DNA from: a virus
Direction: 5' to 3' (one strand)
DNA length: 64,000 nucleotides
IMG/VR virus record: IMGVR_UViG_3300017917_003143
Coordinates: 2,095-66,094 of that record
Position numbers and translations under genes: made by a program. The notes beneath the pieces are model-generated. The model did not search any database and was not told the DNA's origin. It saw only the letters and a list, made by a program, of their open reading frames with translations. Below are positions 8,969 through 17,959 of the stretch, one piece after another (within the stretch, counting starts at the first letter, position 1; every line of letters begins with the position of its first letter).

Positions 8969-10378
8969 ATGAAAGATTATTCAGTAGAAGTACAGCGACT
9001 ATTTTTAGAAATCATGATGCAAGATGCACAGAGTTTTGTGCGTGTGCAAAATATCTATAATGATGAAAACTTTGATCGCAGTTTGCGTAGTGCGGCCAAG
9101 TTCATCAAAGAGCATGCAGACAAGCACAAGACCCTGCCTGATCGCAAACAAGTGTCAGCGGTGACCAATGTCAAACTTGAAGAAATTCCTGATTTAAATG
9201 ACGGACACCTTGACTGGTTTATGGAAGAGTTTGAAGGCTTTACTCGACGCCAGGAACTGGAACGTGCTATCCTTAAATCAGCAGACTTGCTGGAGAAAGG
9301 TAACTTTGATCCGGTAGAAAAACTGATCAAGGATGCTGTGCAAATTAGTTTGACCAAGGACCTGGGCACAGATTACTTTGATGATCCTAGAGCCCGACTC
9401 ATGGCACTGAAAAACAACAACGGGCAAAACTCCACAGGTTGGCCTGCGCTGGATCGACTGCTGTATGGCGGATTCAATCGCGGCGAACTACAGATCTTTG
9501 CTGGCGGTTCAGGATCAGGCAAGAGCTTGTTCATGCAGAACTTGGCAGTGAACTGGGCGCAGGCAGGACTCAACGGCTGTTACATCACACTGGAACTTTC
9601 AGAAGGTCTGTGTTCAATGCGTATAGACTCTATGATGACCAATACATCAGCCAAGGAGATTTTCAAAGACATTGACACAGTGGAAATGAAAGTCAAGATG
9701 ATGCAGAAGAAGTCAGGCGGCTTGCAGATCAAATACATGCCAGCGCAATCAACAGTGAATGACATCCGTGCATACTTAAAAGAACTACAAGTCAAGACAG
9801 GCAAGAAGGTTGACTTTTTGTGTGTTGACTACTTGGACTTGATCATGCCCGTGAGTGCCAAAGTCAGCCCTAACGACTTGTTTGTTAAAGACAAGTATGT
9901 TTCAGAAGAACTGCGTAACTTGGCCAAAGAACTCAATGTGTTGTTTGTCACAGCGTCACAGTTGAACCGTGCGGCAGTGGAAGAGATTGAGTTTGACCAC
10001 AGTCATATTTCGGGCGGTATTTCTAAGATCAACACAGCAGACAACGTGTTTGGTATCTTTACTTCGAGAGCCATGCGTGAGCGTGGACGCTATCAGATCC
10101 AGCTAATGAAGACTCGTAGTTCGTCAGGCGTTGGACAAAAAGTAGATCTTGAGTTTGACATTGAGAGCTTGCGTATCCGAGACCTTGGAGAAGATCAACA
10201 GCAAAGTTCAGGCTTTGTCAAGAAGCCTAGCATCTACGAATCAATCAAGGCCAAGAGCCAGGTAAATTCTAAAAATGACGAAGCAGTAGATGAAGACACT
10301 GGAGAAGTCGCTAAGATCCCAGCCACGGTAGACAGTTCAAAGTTAAAAGATCTACTCAAACAAGTCAGGCCCAATTAA
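8969..10378 (+). CDS. DnaB-like replicative DNA helicase
   Basis: RecA-fold Walker A GGSGSGKS, Walker B region FLCVDYLDL, DnaB-type arginine-finger region. N-terminal helical domain. Confidence 0.85.
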   Translation: MKDYSVEVQRLFLEIMMQDAQSFVRVQNIYNDENFDRSLRSAAKFIKEHADKHKTLPDRKQVSAVTNVKLEEIPDLNDGHLDWFMEEFEGFTRRQELERAILKSADLLEKGNFDPVEKLIKDAVQISLTKDLGTDYFDDPRARLMALKNNNGQNSTGWPALDRLLYGGFNRGELQIFAGGSGSGKSLFMQNLAVNWAQAGLNGCYITLELSEGLCSMRIDSMMTNTSAKEIFKDIDTVEMKVKMMQKKSGGLQIKYMPAQSTVNDIRAYLKELQVKTGKKVDFLCVDYLDLIMPVSAKVSPNDLFVKDKYVSEELRNLAKELNVLFVTASQLNRAAVEEIEFDHSHISGGISKINTADNVFGIFTSRAMRERGRYQIQLMKTRSSSGVGQKVDLEFDIESLRIRDLGEDQQQSSGFVKKPSIYESIKAKSQVNSKNDEAVDEDTGEVAKIPATVDSSKLKDLLKQVRPN

Positions 10379-11434
10379 CTCACACAGTTCAGGCAGATAG
10401 TGCTTGATGCTGATTCCTTTGAGTTGGTCTTGTCGCTTTATCTGTTTTAAAAATTCTTCAAAGTTAGCTTGATCGGCGTCGGTATGAGTGTCGCCTATGT
10501 AGGTAGCATAGTCCACTGGACTCAGTACTGTTTTGAGGTGTTGTTTGACATGCTGAGGTAAAGCACGTGGTTGTAACCATGCTGGTCGATAGATTGGGTT
10601 GTTAGCGTATTCTATTTTTTGTTCATTGAACCATGCCACACTTTCATTGTGATACAGCACATTGAGATTGCTCAAGGTATAGTTTGCTGAAACCAAGTCG
10701 GTTAATTCTCGGAAAAACTTTAGATTTGATTCGAGCAGATCCCAAGCCAGTGGATATCGCACATATTCAAACACAGATCCTGTGCCATCTATGCTGACGC
10801 AAAAATTAAGATTTTTAAATTTTGACAGTATTTTTTTGTAATCTTCAGACAGTGCTACACTACCATTTGTGACCATGCTGATAAAACATCGTTCATTGCC
10901 TAATTCAAGTAACTTTTCTAAGATCTGGAAATTTTTTCTTTCATACAGCGGCTCTCCACCCAGCAAGGTCAGGGTCACAAGGCTTGAAAAATCTATTTCT
11001 TGATAGACTTTGTCCAGATCAATAAATTGATATTTCTTTATTTCTAATTTGGGGTTTCTTTTGCGATCAAGCTGTGCCCAACTGCTACTCGATCCAGAAT
11101 TACAACTCACACAAGTGGCGTTGCAAGTATAGCTGGTCAGCAGTTTGAGCATGAGTGTTTTTTCCATGCCCTGCGCCGCATCTTGTTTAATAAATTGCAG
11201 ATCTCTATCCCAGTACCAATCCAGCGCAGAATTTTTAAGTTGACGATCACTGGTCAACCCTTGATCTTCAAGATTCCAGCATTTTTGACATTCTGCAGGG
11301 CGTTTTCCAGCTATCATTTCCGCCTGGATCTTTTTTATATCATAGTCTTTGGGTAGCAAACAGCAATGGGTATCGTGGCGATCGTCCCAATTTAATTCAC
11401 GTCCAAACCAGGGTAAAACACAAAAATTGTCCAT
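10352..11434 (-). CDS. radical SAM domain protein (possible SPASM/Cys-rich auxiliary region)
   Basis: CX3CX2C motif (CNATCVSC). Additional Cys-rich N-terminal segment (CCLLP...CQKCW). Confidence 0.7.
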   Translation of the reverse strand: MDNFCVLPWFGRELNWDDRHDTHCCLLPKDYDIKKIQAEMIAGKRPAECQKCWNLEDQGLTSDRQLKNSALDWYWDRDLQFIKQDAAQGMEKTLMLKLLTSYTCNATCVSCNSGSSSSWAQLDRKRNPKLEIKKYQFIDLDKVYQEIDFSSLVTLTLLGGEPLYERKNFQILEKLLELGNERCFISMVTNGSVALSEDYKKILSKFKNLNFCVSIDGTGSVFEYVRYPLAWDLLESNLKFFRELTDLVSANYTLSNLNVLYHNESVAWFNEQKIEYANNPIYRPAWLQPRALPQHVKQHLKTVLSPVDYATYIGDTHTDADQANFEEFLKQIKRQDQLKGISIKHYLPELCELIGPDLFE

Positions 11435-11493
11435 GATCTATTTACGGAATTACATACACCAGAGCGATAAATATATTACAAAGGTTTAGGACC

Positions 11494-11739
11494 ATGCAAA
11501 AAAAGACTCGTAGCATATTAGAAGAACTCGATGCCATGTACATCGAGCGTGATAACAGGCACGTAATAGAAAATCGTGCCTCTAATGTTATTGCCAGCGC
11601 CATACGGCTTCTTGAACAAATTGAGCAGACCTACGATGCAGAACAGGCTGAAAATTTACAGCGCAAACTGCTCAATGCCATCCGTCTGCGGGATGCTTCC
11701 AAGTTTACTCGCACCGTGAGACGTACTGATGAAAATTAA
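11494..11739 (+). CDS. hypothetical protein
   Basis: 81 aa ORF downstream of the divergent intergenic region 11435-11493. Confidence 0.4.
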   Translation: MQKKTRSILEELDAMYIERDNRHVIENRASNVIASAIRLLEQIEQTYDAEQAENLQRKLLNAIRLRDASKFTRTVRRTDEN

Positions 11740-12391
11740 AGATGTATTAAACGAAGGAGTGTTTGACGATCTCCGAGCTCTTGGGCAACAGGCACAGCGT
11801 GATCAAGCCTTGGCAGCCAAGGCTGGTCTTGGCCGTAGATTGGGCGCACTCAAAGGCTCATTGACTCCTAAATTCTATCAAGATTTTGCTGACAAAGTAG
11901 CCACAGCTCGTAAGAGCAGAGATGTTGAAACACTGGCCGATGCCTGGGTCGCTGAGTGGGACAAATACTTTCGTGCCTTGGAAAAAAACACCGGTCCAAT
12001 GAGCGACGATGCTTATAGAAACAATTTCCGTGCTTGGCTGAGCAAGACAGCCAAAGTCAATGTTAACCCTGCTGAACTCGACTCTCGTGTGACAGTGCAA
12101 AGTCTTGAAGCAGTCAAAAAATATCTCACTGATTATTTTATTCCAACCTATCAAAAAATACAGAGCAATCCTGTGTACATCATACCTGACGGTAGCACAG
12201 TGGATGTGATATCTCGAGTAGGCTCTCACAACGCTACAGAAGTTTATACCTGGAGCACACAAAGAGGTCATTGGTATGACTCATCTGGCAATGAGGTAGC
12301 TGCCTTTAGCAATCTACACAATACTTTGGTGCAGGATGCTATGGACAAGGCCTCAGGAACAACAGGAGGCGGCGGTGCGGCTACTGTCTGA
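11729..12391 (+). CDS. hypothetical protein
   Basis: 220 aa ORF. Its 3' end overlaps the next ORF by 56 nt in another frame. Confidence 0.45.
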   Translation: MKIKDVLNEGVFDDLRALGQQAQRDQALAAKAGLGRRLGALKGSLTPKFYQDFADKVATARKSRDVETLADAWVAEWDKYFRALEKNTGPMSDDAYRNNFRAWLSKTAKVNVNPAELDSRVTVQSLEAVKKYLTDYFIPTYQKIQSNPVYIIPDGSTVDVISRVGSHNATEVYTWSTQRGHWYDSSGNEVAAFSNLHNTLVQDAMDKASGTTGGGGAATV

Positions 12392-14222
12392 AGGTGGCAA
12401 CGTCTTCAAAGATGCAGACGGAAACCCACTTACCCAACGAATCAATCAAAGCGATGTGGCTGCTACGATCATGTGGATCGAACAGCTCACTGGCATAGAG
12501 TTTCCCAGAGAACGCTGGCTTGGATCAACTGGCAAAGCCATCACTTCAGGAGACATGGACTTGGCAGTAGATGCCAGCCAGATAAACAAAGATCAATTGG
12601 CAGCCAAGCTCACACAGTGGGCACAGAGTCATGGTCAAGATCCCAAGCAATGGGTAAAGAAAGCAGGAGAAGTACATCTCCGTACTCCCATTGGAGGAGA
12701 TCCAAAACGTGGATTTGTGCAAACAGACTTCATGTTCTTGCCCAATCTTGATTGGGGCACTTTCTTTTACAATCAAGGTGAAGGATCAGCATACAAAGGA
12801 CTTGTACGTGCTGTGCTGATGAGTAGCATAGCCAAGACTCAGGGTCTCAAAGTTGGCATCAATGGTATGTTTGACAGAGAAACAAACAAGTTGCTGAGCC
12901 AGGATCCTGATCAAGTAGCACGTACCATATTAAACAAAAAAGCCACCCGCCGAGACCTGTCCACAGTAGAGACCATCTATGCGGCTCTGGCTCGCGATCC
13001 CCAACGTGATATCAAATTAAAAGATTTCCGTGAATATCTTGCCAAAGAAGGCTTGCCAGATCCTGACGCACCAGTGGCAGAAAATGACGTACACTTCTTG
13101 GCTCGACTGAGGGATCGCATCGTCAATCAAGGCATGGTCATGATCATGGAAGGTGTGCGAATCGAGCACCCTGAAGACATGGTGTTTGACATGGGCAGTC
13201 GAGGTATCGTCAGTGCTATAGATGGTATTGTTGCCACAGCACAACAGCCCAACACTGCCACAGTGAAATGGGATGGTCGACCTGCAATCATATTTGGTCG
13301 TAAGCCCAATGGCGATTTTGTGCTTACAGACAAAGCAGGCTTCTTGGCCAAGGGTTATGATGGTCTTGCTACCAGTCCACAACAGATTGAAAAGATCATG
13401 AGCCAACGTGGCGGCGAACGCGGCGAACTCGTGGCCTTGTATCAAAAGCTATTTCCATTGTTGAGAGCCGCAGTACCACAAAACTTCCGAGGGTACATAC
13501 AAGGTGACTTGCTGTACAGCGATACACCACCCGTGAACAATGGTGCCTATGTGTTCCAACCCAACACAGTGACCTATTCTGTTCCAACAAATTCTGAGTT
13601 AGGTAAAAAAGTTGGAGCCAGCCAAGTTGGTGTGGTCATACACACTGCGTTGGAAGCACCTGGAGCCACACCCGAGCCTATCAGGGCCGCTGCCTTGCAG
13701 TCGGTTCCAGGATTGTTGATTTTAGACCCCAGTCTCAAAGAGCCTAGAAATATCAAGCTCAACGCCAATACTGTAAAAGATCTAAAAAACATCGCTGCCA
13801 CACAAGGCGCCGCTATAGATCAGCTGTTTAATCCACAAGAGCTACGAGCACGGAAAATAACCAATCTTCCACAGCTGATGAAAACTTATATCAACAGCCG
13901 TGTGAGAGAAGGCAGCTTTGACAATCTCGTAGGCGGGTTCGGACCTTGGGTACAGGCCAAAGAGCCAACCAAAGCACCGCGCATATTTGAGTGGGCCACT
14001 GAAAACAAACAAGCAGTGGCCGCTGTGTTCCAAGCGTTTTTAGACATAAGCAGTCTCAAAAACGAACTGGTACGCCAGCTGGATTCGCAAGCTCATGACG
14101 TACAGGCCGCAGTCAACAACGAACCTGGACATGAGGGTTATGTAGGGCAAGGTATGAAATTTGTGGACCGCATGCGATTCAGCCAAGCTAATTTTGCCCG
14201 CAATAACCCAGATTTGGCCTGA
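12336..14222 (+). CDS. large hypothetical protein with nucleotidyltransferase (ligase-like) KxDG motif
   Basis: TVKWDGRPAIIFGRK resembles ligase motif I KxDG. C-terminal EGYVGQ...K resembles motifs IV/V. Start codon is uncertain. Confidence 0.4.
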   Translation: MLWTRPQEQQEAAVRLLSEGGNVFKDADGNPLTQRINQSDVAATIMWIEQLTGIEFPRERWLGSTGKAITSGDMDLAVDASQINKDQLAAKLTQWAQSHGQDPKQWVKKAGEVHLRTPIGGDPKRGFVQTDFMFLPNLDWGTFFYNQGEGSAYKGLVRAVLMSSIAKTQGLKVGINGMFDRETNKLLSQDPDQVARTILNKKATRRDLSTVETIYAALARDPQRDIKLKDFREYLAKEGLPDPDAPVAENDVHFLARLRDRIVNQGMVMIMEGVRIEHPEDMVFDMGSRGIVSAIDGIVATAQQPNTATVKWDGRPAIIFGRKPNGDFVLTDKAGFLAKGYDGLATSPQQIEKIMSQRGGERGELVALYQKLFPLLRAAVPQNFRGYIQGDLLYSDTPPVNNGAYVFQPNTVTYSVPTNSELGKKVGASQVGVVIHTALEAPGATPEPIRAAALQSVPGLLILDPSLKEPRNIKLNANTVKDLKNIAATQGAAIDQLFNPQELRARKITNLPQLMKTYINSRVREGSFDNLVGGFGPWVQAKEPTKAPRIFEWATENKQAVAAVFQAFLDISSLKNELVRQLDSQAHDVQAAVNNEPGHEGYVGQGMKFVDRMRFSQANFARNNPDLA

Positions 14223-14294
14223 TACTGACCGATTTCTCCGTTTTGATATAAATAAGTGTAGGGCAAAAGGCCCACAAATATAAGGAGATTTATC

Positions 14295-14705
14295 ATGGCA
14301 GGTTTTACACGTACAAGCGGTGACTTTCAACCAGTAGTAGTAATGGATCAAGGCGTTAACGCCACATCACCAGGTGCAGGTTGGAACACAGGTATCAACA
14401 CAGTAGTTAGCGGCGCAACCGTTAACGTAGCTGGTCCTAAGTTAGACTTTGGTACAGTTACATTCACAGGTAACGCAACAGTTAGCGGTGCTTCTTTGGC
14501 AATCGCTATCCAAACAATCCAGCAACAAGCTACTATCGCTATCTATGAATTCAACACAAACAGCTCTAACACAGCTACATTGTCGTTGGCTACATACCCA
14601 ACTGGCGCATGGAGCTATACTAACGGTGGTGACCTTGACGCAGCCTTGACAGCCGCTCTTGGTTATGCTGTTACTACAGCCGCTACAGCAACATTCACAA
14701 ACTAA
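14295..14705 (+). CDS. small Thr/Asn/Ala-rich protein, probably abundant virion-associated
   Basis: Strong RBS AAGGAGA 7 nt before ATG. TATAAATA at 14248-14255 upstream. Own rho-independent terminator directly downstream. Confidence 0.6.
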   Translation: MAGFTRTSGDFQPVVVMDQGVNATSPGAGWNTGINTVVSGATVNVAGPKLDFGTVTFTGNATVSGASLAIAIQTIQQQATIAIYEFNTNSSNTATLSLATYPTGAWSYTNGGDLDAALTAALGYAVTTAATATFTN

Positions 14706-14724
14706 TCCTTTAGTCAGTGAAAAA

Positions 14725-14757
14725 CAAAACCCTAGTTCTTTAACTAGGGTTTTTTTA
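14725..14757 (+). terminator. rho-independent terminator
   Basis: AAAACCCTAGTT-cttt-AACTAGGGTTTT hairpin followed by a T run. Confidence 0.85.
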
Positions 14758-14773
14758 CGGCTTAAATATCAGC

Positions 14774-15013
14774 ATGAGCGGAGAATACGTTTTTGAAAGT
14801 CCTGACGGTGGACACACTGTGTATCGTCGGCACGTGGGCAAACAGGATCGAGAACTGGTTTCTCAAGATCAATTCACACAAGATAAATTAGCGACAATAA
14901 AAGAAGACAAACTCTGGGGCAATATCAGACGTGCCGCCAAGATAGATCCTGCGCTTAAAGAAATGTTGGATCAGGTCAGAGTATATTACGAATTAAAACA
15001 TGAGAAAGATTAA
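14774..15013 (+). CDS. hypothetical protein
   Basis: 79 aa ORF immediately after the terminator. Confidence 0.4.
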   Translation: MSGEYVFESPDGGHTVYRRHVGKQDRELVSQDQFTQDKLATIKEDKLWGNIRRAAKIDPALKEMLDQVRVYYELKHEKD

Positions 15014-15449
15014 ATGCTACTGCCTGTTCGACATCACATCCACGGGAGTTACCGGACATCAAAGGCAATCAACATATCCTTTTACTACTAAAAAAGGGCA
15101 TGTCATCGTTGATCAACTGCACTTGACAAATGCCCGCAATCAACAAAGAAATTGGGATACTGTGCTACAGCTCATTGGATTGCGTACACAGGTATTTGAA
15201 ATAACTGATCCAGTGATCATCAAAAACGAAAACATTTTTTCCAACGCCAAGTCTGATGATCGGGTCTGGGCATTTACTTTTGAAATTGAACCGCAAGCAC
15301 AATGGTCAGTTGACAACGATGAATTCTGGATACTCAAACACGACAGCGAACGCACTCCAATGATAGTGGGTTTACAAGAAACCGCACTGTTAGAGCCCTG
15401 GATAACAGCCCTGGGCGCCGACGCCAACATCATTTATCATGCCCAATAA
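15000..15449 (+). CDS. hypothetical protein
   Basis: 149 aa ORF overlapping the upstream gene by 14 nt. Confidence 0.45.
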   Translation: MRKIKCYCLFDITSTGVTGHQRQSTYPFTTKKGHVIVDQLHLTNARNQQRNWDTVLQLIGLRTQVFEITDPVIIKNENIFSNAKSDDRVWAFTFEIEPQAQWSVDNDEFWILKHDSERTPMIVGLQETALLEPWITALGADANIIYHAQ

Positions 15450-15481
15450 AATAAATAAACAATCAACAAGGAAAGCTCCTA

Positions 15482-15742
15482 ATGGAAACAACGGACATCG
15501 AAAAGAAAAGTCTAGAAACTCACGTGGAACTGTGCGCCCAGAGGTACAAGTATCTGGAGGAAAAGCTGGAAACAGTGGAACAAACCGTGATCAATCTAAA
15601 CGCAGTGGTCCGAGAAGTCCACGATATGGTGCAAAGCATGAGCCAACGCAACACCGATCGCCTGATCAACTGGGGAGTGGGAATCATAGTGTTCCTGACA
15701 GGAATAGTGGGCTGGTTGCTCACACACTACGTCCTAAAATAA
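15482..15742 (+). CDS. small coiled-coil membrane protein
   Basis: RBS AGGAAAG. C-terminal TM helix GVGIIVFLTGIVGWLL. The competing long ORF 15439.. is low complexity here. Confidence 0.5.
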   Translation: METTDIEKKSLETHVELCAQRYKYLEEKLETVEQTVINLNAVVREVHDMVQSMSQRNTDRLINWGVGIIVFLTGIVGWLLTHYVLK

Positions 15743-15762
15743 GCGAACGCCAAGCTCAGCTC

Positions 15763-16221
15763 ATGCTGGAGCGGATCACCAAAGATCACTTATTAAATAA
15801 CCCTAACGCTATAATACGCATCGATAGCGCCATACGTGCCTTTGGCAAATACACTATCATTAGAAACAGCAAGTCTTTTCAAGTATATCGCAGTGCCACA
15901 TTGGCAGTAGAACCCAGTTCCAGCAAGGTAGCTATCAGCTGGTGTGTAGCAGACAAATACGGCAAGCATTCTTTGGCACACGATTTAATAACATACGATG
16001 CAGAAGTAGAACGCAGACAAGATGAAATAATGTATTACCGCAATACTTTAAACTGCGACCAGGATACTGTGCTTAAATCCGTGGTTGCAGACCGGTTGGC
16101 CGAAAGCATGGCACGACTAAAATACGCTCAAGAACAGTTGGATAAATGTGTAAATCTGGCTAAATACTGGCAACTAAAAGGATTCAAAGATGAAACTGCA
16201 AGAATTGGAATCAAGAACTAA
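15763..16221 (+). CDS. hypothetical protein
   Basis: First ATG after the stop of 15482..15742 within ORF 15439..16221. The upstream part of that ORF is low-complexity read-through. Confidence 0.45.
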   Translation: MLERITKDHLLNNPNAIIRIDSAIRAFGKYTIIRNSKSFQVYRSATLAVEPSSSKVAISWCVADKYGKHSLAHDLITYDAEVERRQDEIMYYRNTLNCDQDTVLKSVVADRLAESMARLKYAQEQLDKCVNLAKYWQLKGFKDETARIGIKN

Positions 16222-17188
16222 AATACAACAAAGCCTCAAGGTTTTTGAAAGTCATTTTGGACAAACTTTGGCCATCGATGCCATAACCGCACGTCAGGCA
16301 CAAGAGATGCTGAAAAAGGTGCGAGGACTTATACGTGAGCATCGTGCAACGCCCGAGTTTCATCGTAGCGAACAAAACCCCAGCTATCTAAAATTGGTTG
16401 TCATGGAACGTGCTCTCGAAGCTCGTGTTAAAGAATCTCAACCAGGCGCCGCTCCTGGCATGGCCATGGCACAACAAGATCCACGCCAACAGGCAGCCGA
16501 TGCACAGGCTTCAGCAGCCGCTACCAAGCGTATCGCTACCGGTACTGGACAAATGGGCAAAGCTGGTGTAGTAGGCAAGGCCATTGATTCCGCTATCCAA
16601 GGCAAGACATTGACACCCGCTGAAAAAGCAGTGATCGGTAAAACATTGTCCACAGTACAACAAGCCGCTGCCAAAGACACACGTCTACAGCAGATGTTGA
16701 AAACAGCCACTGCCATGGAAAGCAAAAAAGCACGTCGCTTGCGTGAAGCCAGTGAGCTACAACAAGCACAAGTGGTCTTGGCCGCACAAGACATGGTAGA
16801 CCAGATCCAGAAAATGATCGAGCAAGTGTCAGCCATGCAGTTCAAAGATCTTCCAGCCTTGGTGGATTCAATCCGCAATGACGTTGGCATGGATCAAGCA
16901 CAACAGTTTAACAATGATGTCACAGCCGCACTACAAGGTCTTATCCAGGGCCTCCAGGGTTCCAAAACCCAGCTGGAAACCGCACAAGGTGTGCTTACAG
17001 GTCAAGCCCCAGTGGTGCCCGGACAAGATGCTGGCGCCGCAGGAGCCGCTCCCCTTCCAGGAAGCACTCTACCCGGTGCTGGTCAGGGTGAAGTAGATGT
17101 TGATGCTGATCTCAGCCTTGACGCTAATCTTCCACCTGAGGATGACGAAGAGCTTCCAGCCAAGGCACTAGGTCGCGAGCGTAGATAA
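16190..17188 (+). CDS. Ala/Gln-rich coiled-coil protein (scaffold-like)
   Basis: 332 aa with long A/Q/K-rich predicted helices and an acidic C-terminus. Composition typical of scaffolding/internal proteins. Confidence 0.45.
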   Translation: MKLQELESRTKIQQSLKVFESHFGQTLAIDAITARQAQEMLKKVRGLIREHRATPEFHRSEQNPSYLKLVVMERALEARVKESQPGAAPGMAMAQQDPRQQAADAQASAAATKRIATGTGQMGKAGVVGKAIDSAIQGKTLTPAEKAVIGKTLSTVQQAAAKDTRLQQMLKTATAMESKKARRLREASELQQAQVVLAAQDMVDQIQKMIEQVSAMQFKDLPALVDSIRNDVGMDQAQQFNNDVTAALQGLIQGLQGSKTQLETAQGVLTGQAPVVPGQDAGAAGAAPLPGSTLPGAGQGEVDVDADLSLDANLPPEDDEELPAKALGRERR

Positions 17189-17189
17189 T

Positions 17190-17519
17190 ATGTTGATCCG
17201 AGAGTTCCAGGATCCGGACGCACTGAAACTGGCCGCCATAGGCCAGTTTTTGCTCAAGCGAGCACAAGACACAGATGCTATCAAACCCATGGACGTAACT
17301 GCGTTCATTGAGTTGGCTCGCCAGAATCAGATCAATTTGACTCCCGAGAGACTCAACCAACTGTCACAACGAGAGCCGCTCAATGGCGTGATTGATAGCA
17401 TACAAAATGACCAGATCATCTGGAAAGGTTCGCGTGTGCCCAGCGATCCTACAATGAGAGTGGACCAAGCTCGTAAAAAAGTCGACCAAATGGCCAAGCG
17501 AGCCATTGATCTCAAGTAA
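17190..17519 (+). CDS. hypothetical protein
   Basis: 109 aa ORF. ATG 2 nt after the upstream stop. Confidence 0.45.
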   Translation: MLIREFQDPDALKLAAIGQFLLKRAQDTDAIKPMDVTAFIELARQNQINLTPERLNQLSQREPLNGVIDSIQNDQIIWKGSRVPSDPTMRVDQARKKVDQMAKRAIDLK

Positions 17520-17531
17520 ATACCAAAACGG

Positions 17532-17560
17532 TTGACAAAGTCAACAAAAACAATTATAAT
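17532..17560 (+). promoter_or_regulatory. consensus sigma70 promoter TTGACA-17-TATAAT with palindrome GTTGACAAAGTCAAC over the -35
   Basis: Perfect -35 and -10 hexamers with a 17 nt spacer. 15-bp perfect inverted repeat overlaps the -35. RBS AGGAGA precedes iscU. Confidence 0.75.
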
Positions 17561-17578
17561 AGATCATAGGAGATCGGT

Positions 17579-17959
17579 ATGGCTTATTCTGACAAAGTTA
17601 TTGACCACTACGAAAACCCTCGCAACGTAGGGAGTTTTGATAAATCTGATGACAGCGTGGGCACCGGTATGGTGGGAGCACCTGCTTGCGGTGATGTCAT
17701 GAAATTACAAATAAAGGTAAACAACCATGGTATCATTGAGGACGCGAAATTCAAAACCTACGGTTGCGGTAGTGCCATCGCATCGTCCTCTCTTGTTACC
17801 GAGTGGGTTAAAGGCAAAACGCTGGACGAAGCCTCAACTATTAAAAATTCAGCGATTGCTGAAGAACTCGCCTTGCCACCAGTCAAAATACATTGTAGCA
17901 TCCTTGCTGAAGATGCGATCAAAGCGGCCATAGAGGATTATCGTAAAAAACATGGTTGA
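17579..17959 (+). CDS. iscU: Fe-S cluster assembly scaffold IscU
   Basis: GAPACGDVMKLQIKV, YGCGSAIASSSL and LPPVKIHCSILAEDAIKAA signature blocks. 126 aa. Confidence 0.9.
   Translation: MAYSDKVIDHYENPRNVGSFDKSDDSVGTGMVGAPACGDVMKLQIKVNNHGIIEDAKFKTYGCGSAIASSSLVTEWVKGKTLDEASTIKNSAIAEELALPPVKIHCSILAEDAIKAAIEDYRKKHG

Noticed and set aside
14248-14255. Treating TATAAATA motifs strictly as T4-type late promoters
   Set aside because: At 37253 and 14248 the motif is also preceded at the correct spacing by TTGACA or TTGAC-like -35 hexamers. A sigma70 -10 reading is equally consistent, so both possibilities are kept open.
15439-15762. N-terminal 108 codons of ORF 15439..16221 (Lys/Arg/Ser/Gly-rich)
   Set aside because: Low-complexity read-through in an alternative frame of the real small membrane-protein gene 15482..15742. 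A proper ATG follows that gene's stop at 15763.
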